DNA of 64,000 nt from Macrostomum lignano. Taxonomy: Eukaryota. Under the pieces are notes generated by a model. It made no database searches. It had not been told where the DNA came from and was given only the letters and a program-made list of their open reading frames with translations. Below, piece by piece: positions 26,001 through 35,766 of this stretch. The position numbers were made by a program, and so were the translations under genes. How positions within the stretch are numbered: position 1 is the stretch's first letter; each line of letters begins with the position of its first letter. The stretch lies in assembly GCA_002269645.1 (NCBI GenBank), contig NIVC01004022.1, positions 1 through 64,000 of the forward strand, read 5' to 3'.

Positions 26001-29000
26001 CTTACAGACTCCCAAGTCCCCCTGCTCAGTACATTAATATGCAGAAAGTACTTTAGTGTACTTCGACAGAACCATTGTGAGTACGAAGCTGAAAACTGAG
26101 ATCTGGAAGGAAACATTATCAATCTAGAAGCCTACAAGACGCCAAGGCTCCATCTGTTCCCTACTCGAACTTACAGACTCCCAAGTCCCCCCTGCTCAGT
26201 ACATTAATATGCAGAAAGTACTTTAGTGTACTTCGACAGAACCATTGTGAGTACGAAGCTGAAAACTGAGATCTGGAAGGAAACATTATCAATCTAGAAG
26301 CCTACAAGACGCCAAGGCTCCATCTGTTCCCTACTCGAACTTACAGACTCCCAAGTCCCCCCTGCTCAGTACATTAATATGCAGAAAGTACTTTAGTGTA
26401 CTTCGACAGAACCATTGTGAGTACGAAGCTGAAAACTGAGATCTGGAAGGAAACATTATCAATCTAGAAGCCTACAAGACGCCAAGGCTCCATCTGTTCC
26501 CTACTCGAACTTACAGACTCCCAAGTCCCCCTGCTCAGTACATTAATATGCAGAAAGTACTTTAGTGTACTTCGACAGAACCATTGTGAGTACGAAGCTG
26601 AAAACTGAGATCTGGAAGGAAACATTATCAATCTAGAAGCCTACAAGACGCCAAGGCTCCATCTGTTCCCTACTCGAACTTACAGACTCCCAAGTCCCCC
26701 CTGCTCAGTACATTAATATGCAGAAAGTACTTTAGTGTACTTCGACAGAACCATTGTGAGTACGAAGCTGAAAACTGAGATCTGGAAGGAAACATTATCA
26801 ATCTAGAAGCCTACAAGACGCCAAGGCTCCATCTGTTCCCTACTCGAACTTACAGACTCCCAAGTCCCCCCTGCTCAGTACATTAATATGCAGAAAGTAC
26901 TTTAGTGTACTTCGACAGAACCATTGTGAGTACGAAGCTGAAAACTGAGATCTGGAAGGAAACATTATCAATCTAGAAGCCTACAAGACGCCAAGGCTCC
27001 ATCTGTTCCCTACTCGAACTTACAGACTCCCAAGTCCCCCCTGCTCAGTACATTAATATGCAGAAAGTACTTTAGTGTACTTCGACAGAACCATTGTGAG
27101 TACGAAGCTGAAAACTGAGATCTGGAAGGAAACATTATCAATCTAGAAGCCTACAAGACGCCAAGGCTCCATCTGTTCCCTACTCGAACTTACAGACTCC
27201 CAAGTCCCCCCTGCTCAGTACATTAATATGCAGAAAGTACTTTAGTGTACTTCGACAGAACCATTGTGAGTACGAAGCTGAAAACTGAGATCTGGAAGGA
27301 AACATTATCAATCTAGAAGCCTACAAGACGCCAAGGCTCCATCTGTTCCCTACTCGAACTTACAGACTCCCAAGTCCCCCCTGCTCAGTACATTAATATG
27401 CAGAAAGTACTTTAGTGTACTTCGACAGAACCATTGTGAGTACGAAGCTGAAAACTGAGATCTGGAAGGAAACATTATCAATCTAGAAGCCTACAAGACG
27501 CCAAGGCTCCATCTGTTCCCTACTCGAACTTACAGACTCCCAAGTCCCCCCTGCTCAGTACATTAATATGCAGAAAGTACTTTAGTGTACTTCGACAGAA
27601 CCATTGTGAGTACGAAGCTGAAAACTGAGATCTGGAAGGAAACATTATCAATCTAGAAGCCTACAAGACGCCAAGGCTCCATCTGTTCCCTACTCGAACT
27701 TACAGACTCCCAAGTCCCCCCTGCTCAGTACATTAATATGCAGAAAGTACTTTAGTGTACTTCGACAGAACCATTGTGAGTACGAAGCTGAAAACTGAGA
27801 TCTGGAAGGAAACATTATCAATCTAGAAGCCTACAAGACGCCAAGGCTCCATCTGTTCCCTACTCGAACTTACAGACTCCCAAGTCCCCCCTGCTCAGTA
27901 CATTAATATGCAGAAAGTACTTTAGTGTACTTCGACAGAACCATTGTGAGTACGAAGCTGAAAACTGAGATCTGGAAGGAAACATTATCAATCTAGAAGC
28001 CTACAAGACGCCAAGGCTCCATCTGTTCCCTACTCGAACTTACAGACTCCCAAGTCCCCCCTGCTCAGTACATTAATATGCAGAAAGTACTTTAGTGTAC
28101 TTCGACAGAACCATTGTGAGTACGAAGCTGAAAACTGAGATCTGGAAGGAAACATTATCAATCTAGAAGCCTACAAGACGCCAAGGCTCCATCTGTTCCC
28201 TACTCGAACTTACAGACTCCCAAGTCCCCCTGCTCAGTACATTAATATGCAGAAAGTACTTTAGTGTACTTCGACAGAACCATTGTGAGTACGAAGCTGA
28301 AAACTGTGAGTACGAAGCTGAAAACTGAGATCTGGAAGGAAACATTATCAATCTAGAAGCCTACAAGACGCCAAGGCTCCATCTGTTCCCTACTCGAACT
28401 TACAGACTCCCAAGTCCCCCTGCTCAGTACATTGCAGAAAGTACTTTAGTGTACTTCGACAGGAACCATTGTGAGTACGAAGCTGAAAACTGAGATCTGG
28501 AAGGAAACATTATCAATCTAGAAGCCTACAAGACGCCAAGGCTCCATCTGTTCCCTACTCGAACTTACAGACTCCCAAGTCCCCCCTGCTCAGTACATCA
28601 ATGCAGAAAGTACTTTAGTGTACTTCGACAGGAACCATTGTGAGTACGAAGCTGAAAACTGAGATCTGGAAGGAAACATTATCAATCTAGAAGCCTACAA
28701 GACGCCAAGGCTCCATCTGTTCCCTACTCGAACTTACAGACTCCCAAGTCCCCCTGCTCAGTACATAATATGCAGAAAGTACTTTAGTGTACTTCGACAG
28801 GAACCATTGTGAGTACGAAGCTGAAAACTGAGATCTGGAAGGAAACATTATCAATCTAGAAGCCTACAAGACGCCAAGGCTCCATCTGTTCCCTACTCGA
28901 ACTTACAGACTCCCAAGTCCCCCCTGCTCAGTACATTAATATGCAGAAAGTACTTTAGTGTACTTCGACAGGAACCATTGTGAGTACGAAGCTGAAAACT

Positions 29001-29934
29001 GAGATCTGGAAGGAAACATTATCAATCTAGAAGCCTACAAGACGCCAAGGCTCCATCTGTTCCCTACTCGAACTTACAGACTCCCAAGTCCCCCTGCTCA
29101 GTACACTCAGCTGCAGAAAGTACTTTAGTGTACTTCGACAGGAACCATTGTGAGTACGAAGCTGAAAACTGAGATCTGGAAGGAAACATTATCAATCTAG
29201 AAGCCTACAAGACGCCAAGGCTCCATCTGTTCCCTACTCGAACTTACAGACTCCCAAGGCCCCCCCCCCTGCTCAGTACATTAATATGCAGAAAGTACTT
29301 TAGTGTACTTCGACAGGAACCATTGTGAGTACGAAGCTGAAAACTGAGATCTGGAAGGAAACATTATCAATCTAGAAGCCTACAAGACGCCAAGGCTCCA
29401 TCTGTTCCCTACTCGAACTTACAGACTCCCAAGTCCCCCCTGCTCAGTACATTAATATGCAGAAAGTACTTTAGTGTACTTCGACAGGAACCATTGTGAG
29501 TACGAAGCTGAAAACTGAGATCTGGAAGGAAACATTATCAATCTAGAAGCCTGAGAGACGCCAAGGCTCCATCTGTTCCCTACTCGAACTTACAGACTCC
29601 CAAGTCCCCCCTGCTCAGTACACTCAGCTGCAGAAAGTACTTTAGTGTACTTCGACAGGAACCATTGTGAGTACGAAGCTGAAAACTGAGATCTGGAAGG
29701 AAACATTATCAATCTAGAAGCCTGCAAGACGCCAAGGCTCCATCCGTTCCCTACTCGAACTTACAGACTCCCAAGTCCCCCCTGCTCAGTACATTAATAT
29801 GCAGAAAGTACTTTAGTGTACTTCGACAGGAACCATTGTGAGTACGAAGCTTAAAACTGAGATCTGGAAGGAAACATTATCAATCTAGAAGCCTACAAGA
29901 CGCCAAGGCTCCATCTGTTCGAACTTACAGACTC
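8020..29934 (+). repeat. Satellite array, left arm: ~128 tandem copies of a 170/171-bp monomer
   Basis: Monomer AAAGTACTTTAGTGTACTTCGACAG(G)AACCATTGTGAGTACGAAGCTGAAAACTGAGATCTGGAAGGAAACATTATCAATCTAGAAGCCTACAAGACGCCAAGGCTCCATCTGTTCCCTACTCGAACTTACAGACTCCCAAGTCCCCCCTGCTCAGTACATTAATATGCAG. Period is 170 in the core (e.g. 16391 to 16561) and 171 in the flanking zones. Copy number = length/period. Confidence 0.99.
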
Positions 29935-30451
29935 TTTAATGCCCCCCTCAGTCCATTATCCCCTCTCAGACGGCAGGGCGCTGTGTGTTGCTTCTGTTGC
30001 GGCACTGCCATTTGCGACGTTAATTGTTAAAGCCTGGAATTACTTGTGGTACTAATAGATAATAGGTCTTTGTTGGAAGTTGTCGCTTTTGTTTATTTTG
30101 TTTGATGTGCCTTTTGTCAGACGTTTTCGGTGTCTTTTTTGTAATACTTTTATCTTTCGTCTGATGCTGTCAATGTGCTCTGTGGTGTCTTCTGTCTGTT
30201 GTTATTCCCTCTTAGTTCCTGTTCGCCGCACTAAACCCCGTCTGTAAGCCCCCAATTCTTATGTTGTTAGTCTCATGGTATGAAAGAGCTTTACGCTTAG
30301 ATCTGCCCGATTGAATGGATCGTCTAATAAGGATGCTTCTGCTTAATTCCATGGACGACGATTCCCCATTGCTCACTCCATATATGCAGCTGCTTTCATT
30401 GTTGTCCAACTTAAACTCGCCATCATAGCTTTCTGTCTTGTCTTTCAAATC

Positions 30452-33400
30452 ATGAGTCTCTTCATTCGCATTTGCCTACTGGCTGCTCTTGTGTTGCTTT
30501 GTGACGGAACGCACAATCGGCGCATATCGTTTCTGGATTTGTCCAAAAATTTGTTTCAAGAGTACAGTGACGAAAGTCTTAGAAAGTCCTTTCGCTGCCC
30601 ATATGGTGCTTGCGGGCAAATACTTGCAAAAATCTCAGCAAAAAATAGTTTAGAAAATCGTCGAATTGTATGGCTATTCTACCAAAGGAAGCTCGTTGGA
30701 GGTAAGTCAACTATACCGACTAAATCTAGTAACATATTTTCCATTCCAAATGATAGGAGGAAAGCTTCTTTTGTTGCTGGTAGGAGTGCTGCTGGTGCTG
30801 CTGGTGTTGCTTTGAGAGGTGCTGCTGGTGTTGCTTTGAGAGGTGCTGCTGGTGTTGCTTTGAGAGGTGCTGCTGGTGTTGCTTTGAGAGGTGCTGCTGG
30901 TGTTGCTTTGAGAGGTGCTGCTGGTGTTGCTTTGAGAGGTGCTGCTGGTGTTGCTTTGAGAGGTGCTGCTGGTGTTGCTTTGAGAGGTGCTGCTGGTGTT
31001 GCCGCGAGGAGTGCTGCTTCTGTTGCTGGGAGGAGTGCTGCTGGTGTTGCTGGGAGGAGTGCTGCTGGTGCTGCTGGGAGGAGTGCTGCTGGTGCTGCTG
31101 GGAGGAGTGCTGCTGGTGCTGCTGGTGTTGCTTTGAGAGGTGCTGCTGGTGTTGCTTTGAGAGGTGCTGCTGGTGTTGCTTTGAGAGGTGCTGCTGGTGT
31201 TGCTTTGAGGGGTGCTGCTGGTGTTGCCGCGAGGAGTGCTGCTGGTGCTGCTGGGAGGAGTGCTGCTGGTGCTGCTGGTGTTGCTTTGAGAGGTGCTGCT
31301 GGTGTTGCTTTGAGAGGTGCTGCTGGTGTTGCTTTGAGAGGTGCTGCTGGTGTTGCTTTGAGAGGTGCTGCTGGTGTTGCCGCGAGGAGTGCTGCTTCTG
31401 TTGCTGGGAGGAGTGCTGCTGGTGTTGCTGGGAGGAGTGCTGCTGGTGCTGCTGGGAGGAGTGCTGCTGGTGCTGCTGGGAGGAGTGCTGCTGGTGCTGC
31501 TGGTGTTGCTTTGAGAGGTGCTGCTGGTGTTGCTTTGAGAGGTGCTGCTGGTGTTGCTTTGAGAGGTGCTGCTGGTGTTGCTTTGAGGGGTGCTGCTGGT
31601 GTTGCCGCGAGGAGTGCTGCTGGTGCTGCTGGGAGGAGTGCTGCTGGTGCTGCTGGTGTTGCTTTGAGAGGTGCTGCTGGTGTTGCTTTGAGAGGTGCTG
31701 CTGGTGTTGCTTTGAGAGGTGCTGCTGGTGTTGCTTTGAGAGGTGCTGCTGGTGTTGCTTTGAGAGGTGCTGCTGGTGTTGCTTTGAGAGGTGCTGCTGG
31801 TGTTGCTTTGAGAGGTGCTGCTGGTGTTGCTTTGAGAGGTGCTGCTGGTGTTGCTTTGAGAGGTGCTGCTGGTGTTGCTTTGAGAGGTGCTGCTGGTGTT
31901 GCTTTGAGAGGTGCTGCTGGTGTTGCTTTGAGAGGTGCTGCTGGTGTTGCTTTGAGAGGTGCTGCTGGTGTTGCTTTGAGGGGTGCTGCTGGTGTTGCCG
32001 CGAGGAGTGCTGCTTCTGTTGCTGGGAGGAGTGCTGCTGGTGTTGCTGGGAGGAGTGCTGCTGGTGCTGCTGGAGGAGTGCTGCTGGTGCTGCTGGTGTT
32101 GCTTTGAGAGGTGCTGCTGGTGTTGCTTTGAGAGGTGCTGCTGGTGTTGCTTTGAGAGGTGCTGCTGGTGTTGCTTTGAGAGGTGCTGCTGGTGTTGCTT
32201 TGAGAGGTGCTGCTGGTGTTGCTTTGAGAGGTGCTGCTGGTGTTGCTTTGAGAGGTGCTGCTGGTGTTGCTTTGAGAGGTGCTGCTGGTGTTGCTTTGAG
32301 AGGTGCTGCTGGTGTTGCCGCGAGGGGTGCTGCTGGTGTTGCCGCGAGGAGTGCTGCTTCTGTTGCTGGGAGGAGTGCTGCTGGTGTTGCTGGGAGGAGT
32401 GCTGCTGGTGCTGCTGGGAGGAGTGCTGCTGGTGCTGCTGGTGTTGCTTTGAGAGGTGCTGCTGGTGTTGCTTTGAGAGGTGCTGCTGGTGTTGCTTTGA
32501 GAGGTGCTGCTGGTGTTGCTTTGAGAGGTGCTGCTGGTGTTGCTTTGAGAGGTGCTGCTGGTGTTGCTTTGAGAGGTGCTGCTGGTGTTGCTTTGAGAGG
32601 TGCTGCTGGTGTTGCCGCGAGGGGTGCTGCTGGTGTTGCCGCGAGGAGTGCTGCTTCTGTTGCTGGGAGGAGTGCTGCTGGTGTTGCTGGGAGGAGTGCT
32701 GCTGGTGCTGCTGGGAGGAGTGCTGCTGGTGCTGCTGGTGTTGCTTTGAGAAGTGCTGCTGGTGTTGCTTTGAGGGGTGCTGCTGGTGTTGCTGGGAGGA
32801 GTGCTGCTTGTGCTGCTGGGAGGAGTGCTGCTGGTGTTGCTTTGAGAGGTGCTGCTGGTGTTGCTGGGAGGAGTGCTGCTGGTGCTGCTGGTGTTGCTTT
32901 GAGAGGTGCTGCTGGTGTTGCTTTGAGAGGTGCTGCTGGTGTTGCTTTGAGAGGTGCTGCTGGTGTTGCTTTGAGAGGTGCTGCTGGTGTTGCCGCGAGG
33001 GGTGCTGCTGGTGTTGCCGCGAGGAGTGCTGCTTCTGTTGCTGGGAGGAGTGCTGCTGGTGTTGCTGGGAGGAGTGCTGCTGGTGCTGCTGGGAGGAGTG
33101 CTGCTGGTGCTGCTGGTGTTGCTTTGAGAAGTGCTGCTGGTGTTGCTTTGAGGGGTGCTGCTGGTGTTGCTGGGAGGAGTGCTGCTTGTGCTGCTGGGAG
33201 GAGTGCTGCTGGTGTTGCTTTGAGAGGTGCTGCTGGTGTTGCTGGGAGGAGTGCTGCTGGTGCTGCTGGTGTTGCTGGGAGGAGTGCTGCTGGTGTTGCT
33301 GGGAGGAGTGCTGTCGGTGTTGCTGGGAGGAGTGCTGCTGGTGCTGCTGGTGTTGCTGGGAGGAGTGCTGTCGGTGTTGCTGGGAGGAGTGCTGCTGGTG

Positions 33401-34242
33401 CTGCTGGTGTTGCTGGGAGGAGTGCTGCTGGTGTTGCTGGGAGGAGTGCTGTCGGTGTTGCTGGGAGGAGTGCTGCTGGTGTTGCTGGGAGGAGTGCTGT
33501 CGGTGTTGCTGGGAGGAGTGCTGCTGGTGCGGCTGGTGTTGCTGGGAGGAGTGCTGCTGGTGTTGCTGGGAGGAGTGCTGCTTCTGTTGCTGGGAGGAGT
33601 GCTGCTTCTGTTGCTGGGAGGAGTGCTGCTTCTGTTGCTGGGAGGAGTGCTTCTGGTGTTGCTGGGAGGAGTGCTGCTGGTGCTGCTGGTGTTGCTGGTG
33701 TTGCTGGTGTTGCCTGTGTTGCTGGGAGGAGTGCTGCCGGTGTTGTTGGTGCTGCTAGGAGGGCTGGTGCTGGGAGTGATGATGTTGGGAGTGATGCTGC
33801 TGGGAGTGATGATGTTGTGAGTGATGCTGCTGGGAGTGATGATGTTGGGAGTGATGATGCTGGGAGTGATGATGTTGGGAGTGATGCTGCTGGGAGTGAT
33901 GCTGGTCGGAGTGATGCTGCTGGGAGTGATGATGTTGTGAGTGATGCTGCTGGGAGTGATGATGTTGGGAGTGATGCTGCTGGGAGTGATGCTGCTGGGA
34001 GTGATGATGTTGGGAGTGATGATGCTGGGAGTGATGATGCTGGGAGTGATGATGTTGGGAGTGATGATGCTGGGAGTGATGCTGCTGGGAGTGATGCTGC
34101 TGGAAGTGATGATGTTGGGAGTGATGATGCTGGGAGTGATGATGCTGGGAGTGATGATGTTGGGAGTGATGCTGCTGGGAGTGATGATGTTGTGAGTGAT
34201 GCTGCTGGGAGTGATGATGTTGGAGTGATGATGCTGGGATGA
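30452..34242 (+). CDS. Putative secreted low-complexity repeat protein (~1,260 aa if one missing G at ~32073 is restored)
   Basis: ATG then MSLFIRICLLAALVLLCDG (signal-peptide-like) and ~105 unique codons with no stop, whereas all three minus frames have stops in 30450-30770. Then (AAGVALRG)n/(AAGVAGRS)n followed by (GSDDV/GSDAA/GSDDA)n. ORFs 30452-32107 and 32104-34242 join through a GG-for-GGG deletion. No recognisable domain; the antisense TPAAPLKA frame is not excluded. Confidence 0.45.
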
Positions 34243-34445
34243 TGCTGGGTGATGTGATGCTGAGTGATGAGTGATGATGCTGGGAGTGATGCTGGAGTGA
34301 TGCTGGAGTGATGCTGCTGGGAGTGATGATGTTGTGAGTGAGTGATGCTGGGAGTGATGCTGCTAGTGAAGTGATGATGCTGTGAGTGATGATGATTGGA
34401 GTGATGCTGGTCGGAGTGATGATGCGGAGAGCAGTGATGCTGTGA
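30770..34445. repeat. Compound minisatellite: 24-bp units grading into 15-bp units, degenerate after ~34230
   Basis: GCTGCTGGTGTTGCTTTGAGAGGT and GCTGCTGGTGTTGCTGGGAGGAGT units to ~33750, then GGGAGTGATG(A/C)TG(C/T)T-type units, with larger blocks recurring. Confidence 0.97.
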
Positions 34446-34503
34446 AGCAATTTCATTATTCTAATTTTATTATTAAGTTGTCTTTTGATGTGTGGCAAGA
34501 AAT

Positions 34504-35766
34504 ATGAAAATTAGGCAGAGTCAGAAGAATTATGCTGCACTCACGCGGAGTGCAGCATCATGGTGGCTAGATACGTTGAGGGAAAACTATCGAAGCTATT
34601 GCTCTGCTAGTGAACAGGGAAGTAATTGTGTGTTAAAATTCAAAAATCGCTATGTGAACTTTCCGTGTTCCAAAAGGCAAAACCCAAAATATTTTTTAAA
34701 ACAAGTCGCTTTTTGTCAGCACGCTGGTTGCGAGATTGTTCACGATTTCAGAATTTCCAACGTACCCACCTCAAATCAGCCAGTGGAGGTAGTGGTACAT
34801 AGCAGGGGCAGAAAATGTCACCAAAAAGCTACGATTTCGAGAATGACCCCTGCGGAGGCGCAAAAGATAACGAAGCTGCTTGAAGCCGATGCACCAACAG
34901 AGGTTCACGATAGGCTTCTTTCCGAAATGTCTAAGAGAGACACAGACGAGTACAACTTCTCAAGAGCAAAGAATTTAGATGCCATTCGGCGCGTCAATGC
35001 AAAGCGCATTGTCTCTGCTGAAGATCGTCTCCACAATAATGTTGAAGTCGAACTCTCTGTGCAGCAGCAAATTTTGCACGATACAGATGTGGAGAGTAAG
35101 TACGTGCTAGGCTACATTCAAGCCACATCACGTCGCCCTTTTCACATTCATTTGTATCTGGAAAAGCAACTTGAATTAATAGTCAACAGGCCTCAGTGTG
35201 TATTGCATCTTGACGCGACTGGCGGCATTTTCAAAAAGATCCAGCGCCTAGGCAAAAAGATGATGCTGTACTCCCTAGTACTTCCCTCCGCCAACCAGGA
35301 AACACGCAGTGTACCAGTGGCTGAGATGGTTACAAGCGATCATAAAACAAAATCAATTCAACATTTCCTATTCTCTGTGCGAGCTGATTTAGGAGCACTC
35401 GCTTCCGGCACACTGATGTCATACGAGTTTATGCCGGCTGTAATTGTCACCGACTTTTCATGGGCGATGTTGCATTCAGTTTGTCGGTCATTTGGAAACA
35501 GCTTAGAGGAATACCTGGTCGATTCATTCGAGGCAGTTCACAGTGGGAGGTCCATATCGTACACGATTCCGTTTATTTGCACCAATCATGCAATTCATGC
35601 ATTTGCCCGAGGCATCAAAGCAAAAGGAACTGTCGAAAAAGCCGTTCGAGAACTTTTTATAAATTCATTTGTTCTGCTTATTCATCAGGAAACCTTTGAG
35701 GCGTTCGAGTTCACATTGAATATCGTAACAGAAACATTCCTAGGGCAGCGCCATCCTCGGACTTAA
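34504..35766 (+). CDS. Mutator-superfamily (MULE; NOF/Phantom-like) DDE transposase, N-terminal part
   Basis: LHLDATG (first D), PVAEM, IVTDFSWAM (second D) and ICTNH (CxxH) in the MULE order, with a Cys/His-rich N-terminal region. ATG at 34504; the track start is GTG at 34492. Confidence 0.85.
   Translation: MKIRQSQKNYAALTRSAASWWLDTLRENYRSYCSASEQGSNCVLKFKNRYVNFPCSKRQNPKYFLKQVAFCQHAGCEIVHDFRISNVPTSNQPVEVVVHSRGRKCHQKATISRMTPAEAQKITKLLEADAPTEVHDRLLSEMSKRDTDEYNFSRAKNLDAIRRVNAKRIVSAEDRLHNNVEVELSVQQQILHDTDVESKYVLGYIQATSRRPFHIHLYLEKQLELIVNRPQCVLHLDATGGIFKKIQRLGKKMMLYSLVLPSANQETRSVPVAEMVTSDHKTKSIQHFLFSVRADLGALASGTLMSYEFMPAVIVTDFSWAMLHSVCRSFGNSLEEYLVDSFEAVHSGRSISYTIPFICTNHAIHAFARGIKAKGTVEKAVRELFINSFVLLIHQETFEAFEFTLNIVTETFLGQRHPRT

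Noticed and set aside
28163-28351. 62-aa minus-strand ORF inside the satellite
   Set aside because: Produced by the 21-bp duplication and a C-run indel in one monomer; all normal monomers have stops in every frame.
8020-29934. CRISPR array
   Set aside because: Monomers are near-identical end to end with no unique spacers, there are no cas genes, and the context is eukaryotic TE debris.
30212-30448. 78-aa minus-strand ORF beside the repeat gene
   Set aside because: TTG start, a stop 9 codons upstream and no recognisable motif.
30770-33750. Neuropeptide precursor (repeated Gly-Arg amidation/cleavage sites)
   Set aside because: Sites are monobasic, the most common unit has LRG rather than G-R/K-R, and the products would be featureless Ala/Gly peptides.
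31983-33758. Cys/Trp-rich protein (CCWCCFER repeats), metallothionein- or keratin-associated-like
   Set aside because: Alternative frame of the GCT/GGT minisatellite, GTG start inside the repeat, no unique sequence, and the frame is closed upstream.
33755-34498. His/Gln-rich protein on the minus strand and the Leu/Val-rich ORFs at 33227 and 33941
   Set aside because: Alternative frames of the repeat; they drift between repeat registers in the degenerate zone and lack independent support.
34504-35766. Bacterial IS256-family transposase
   Set aside because: Related fold, but the size, Ulp1/PHD fusion and surrounding LINE, PLE and DIRS elements indicate a eukaryotic MULE.
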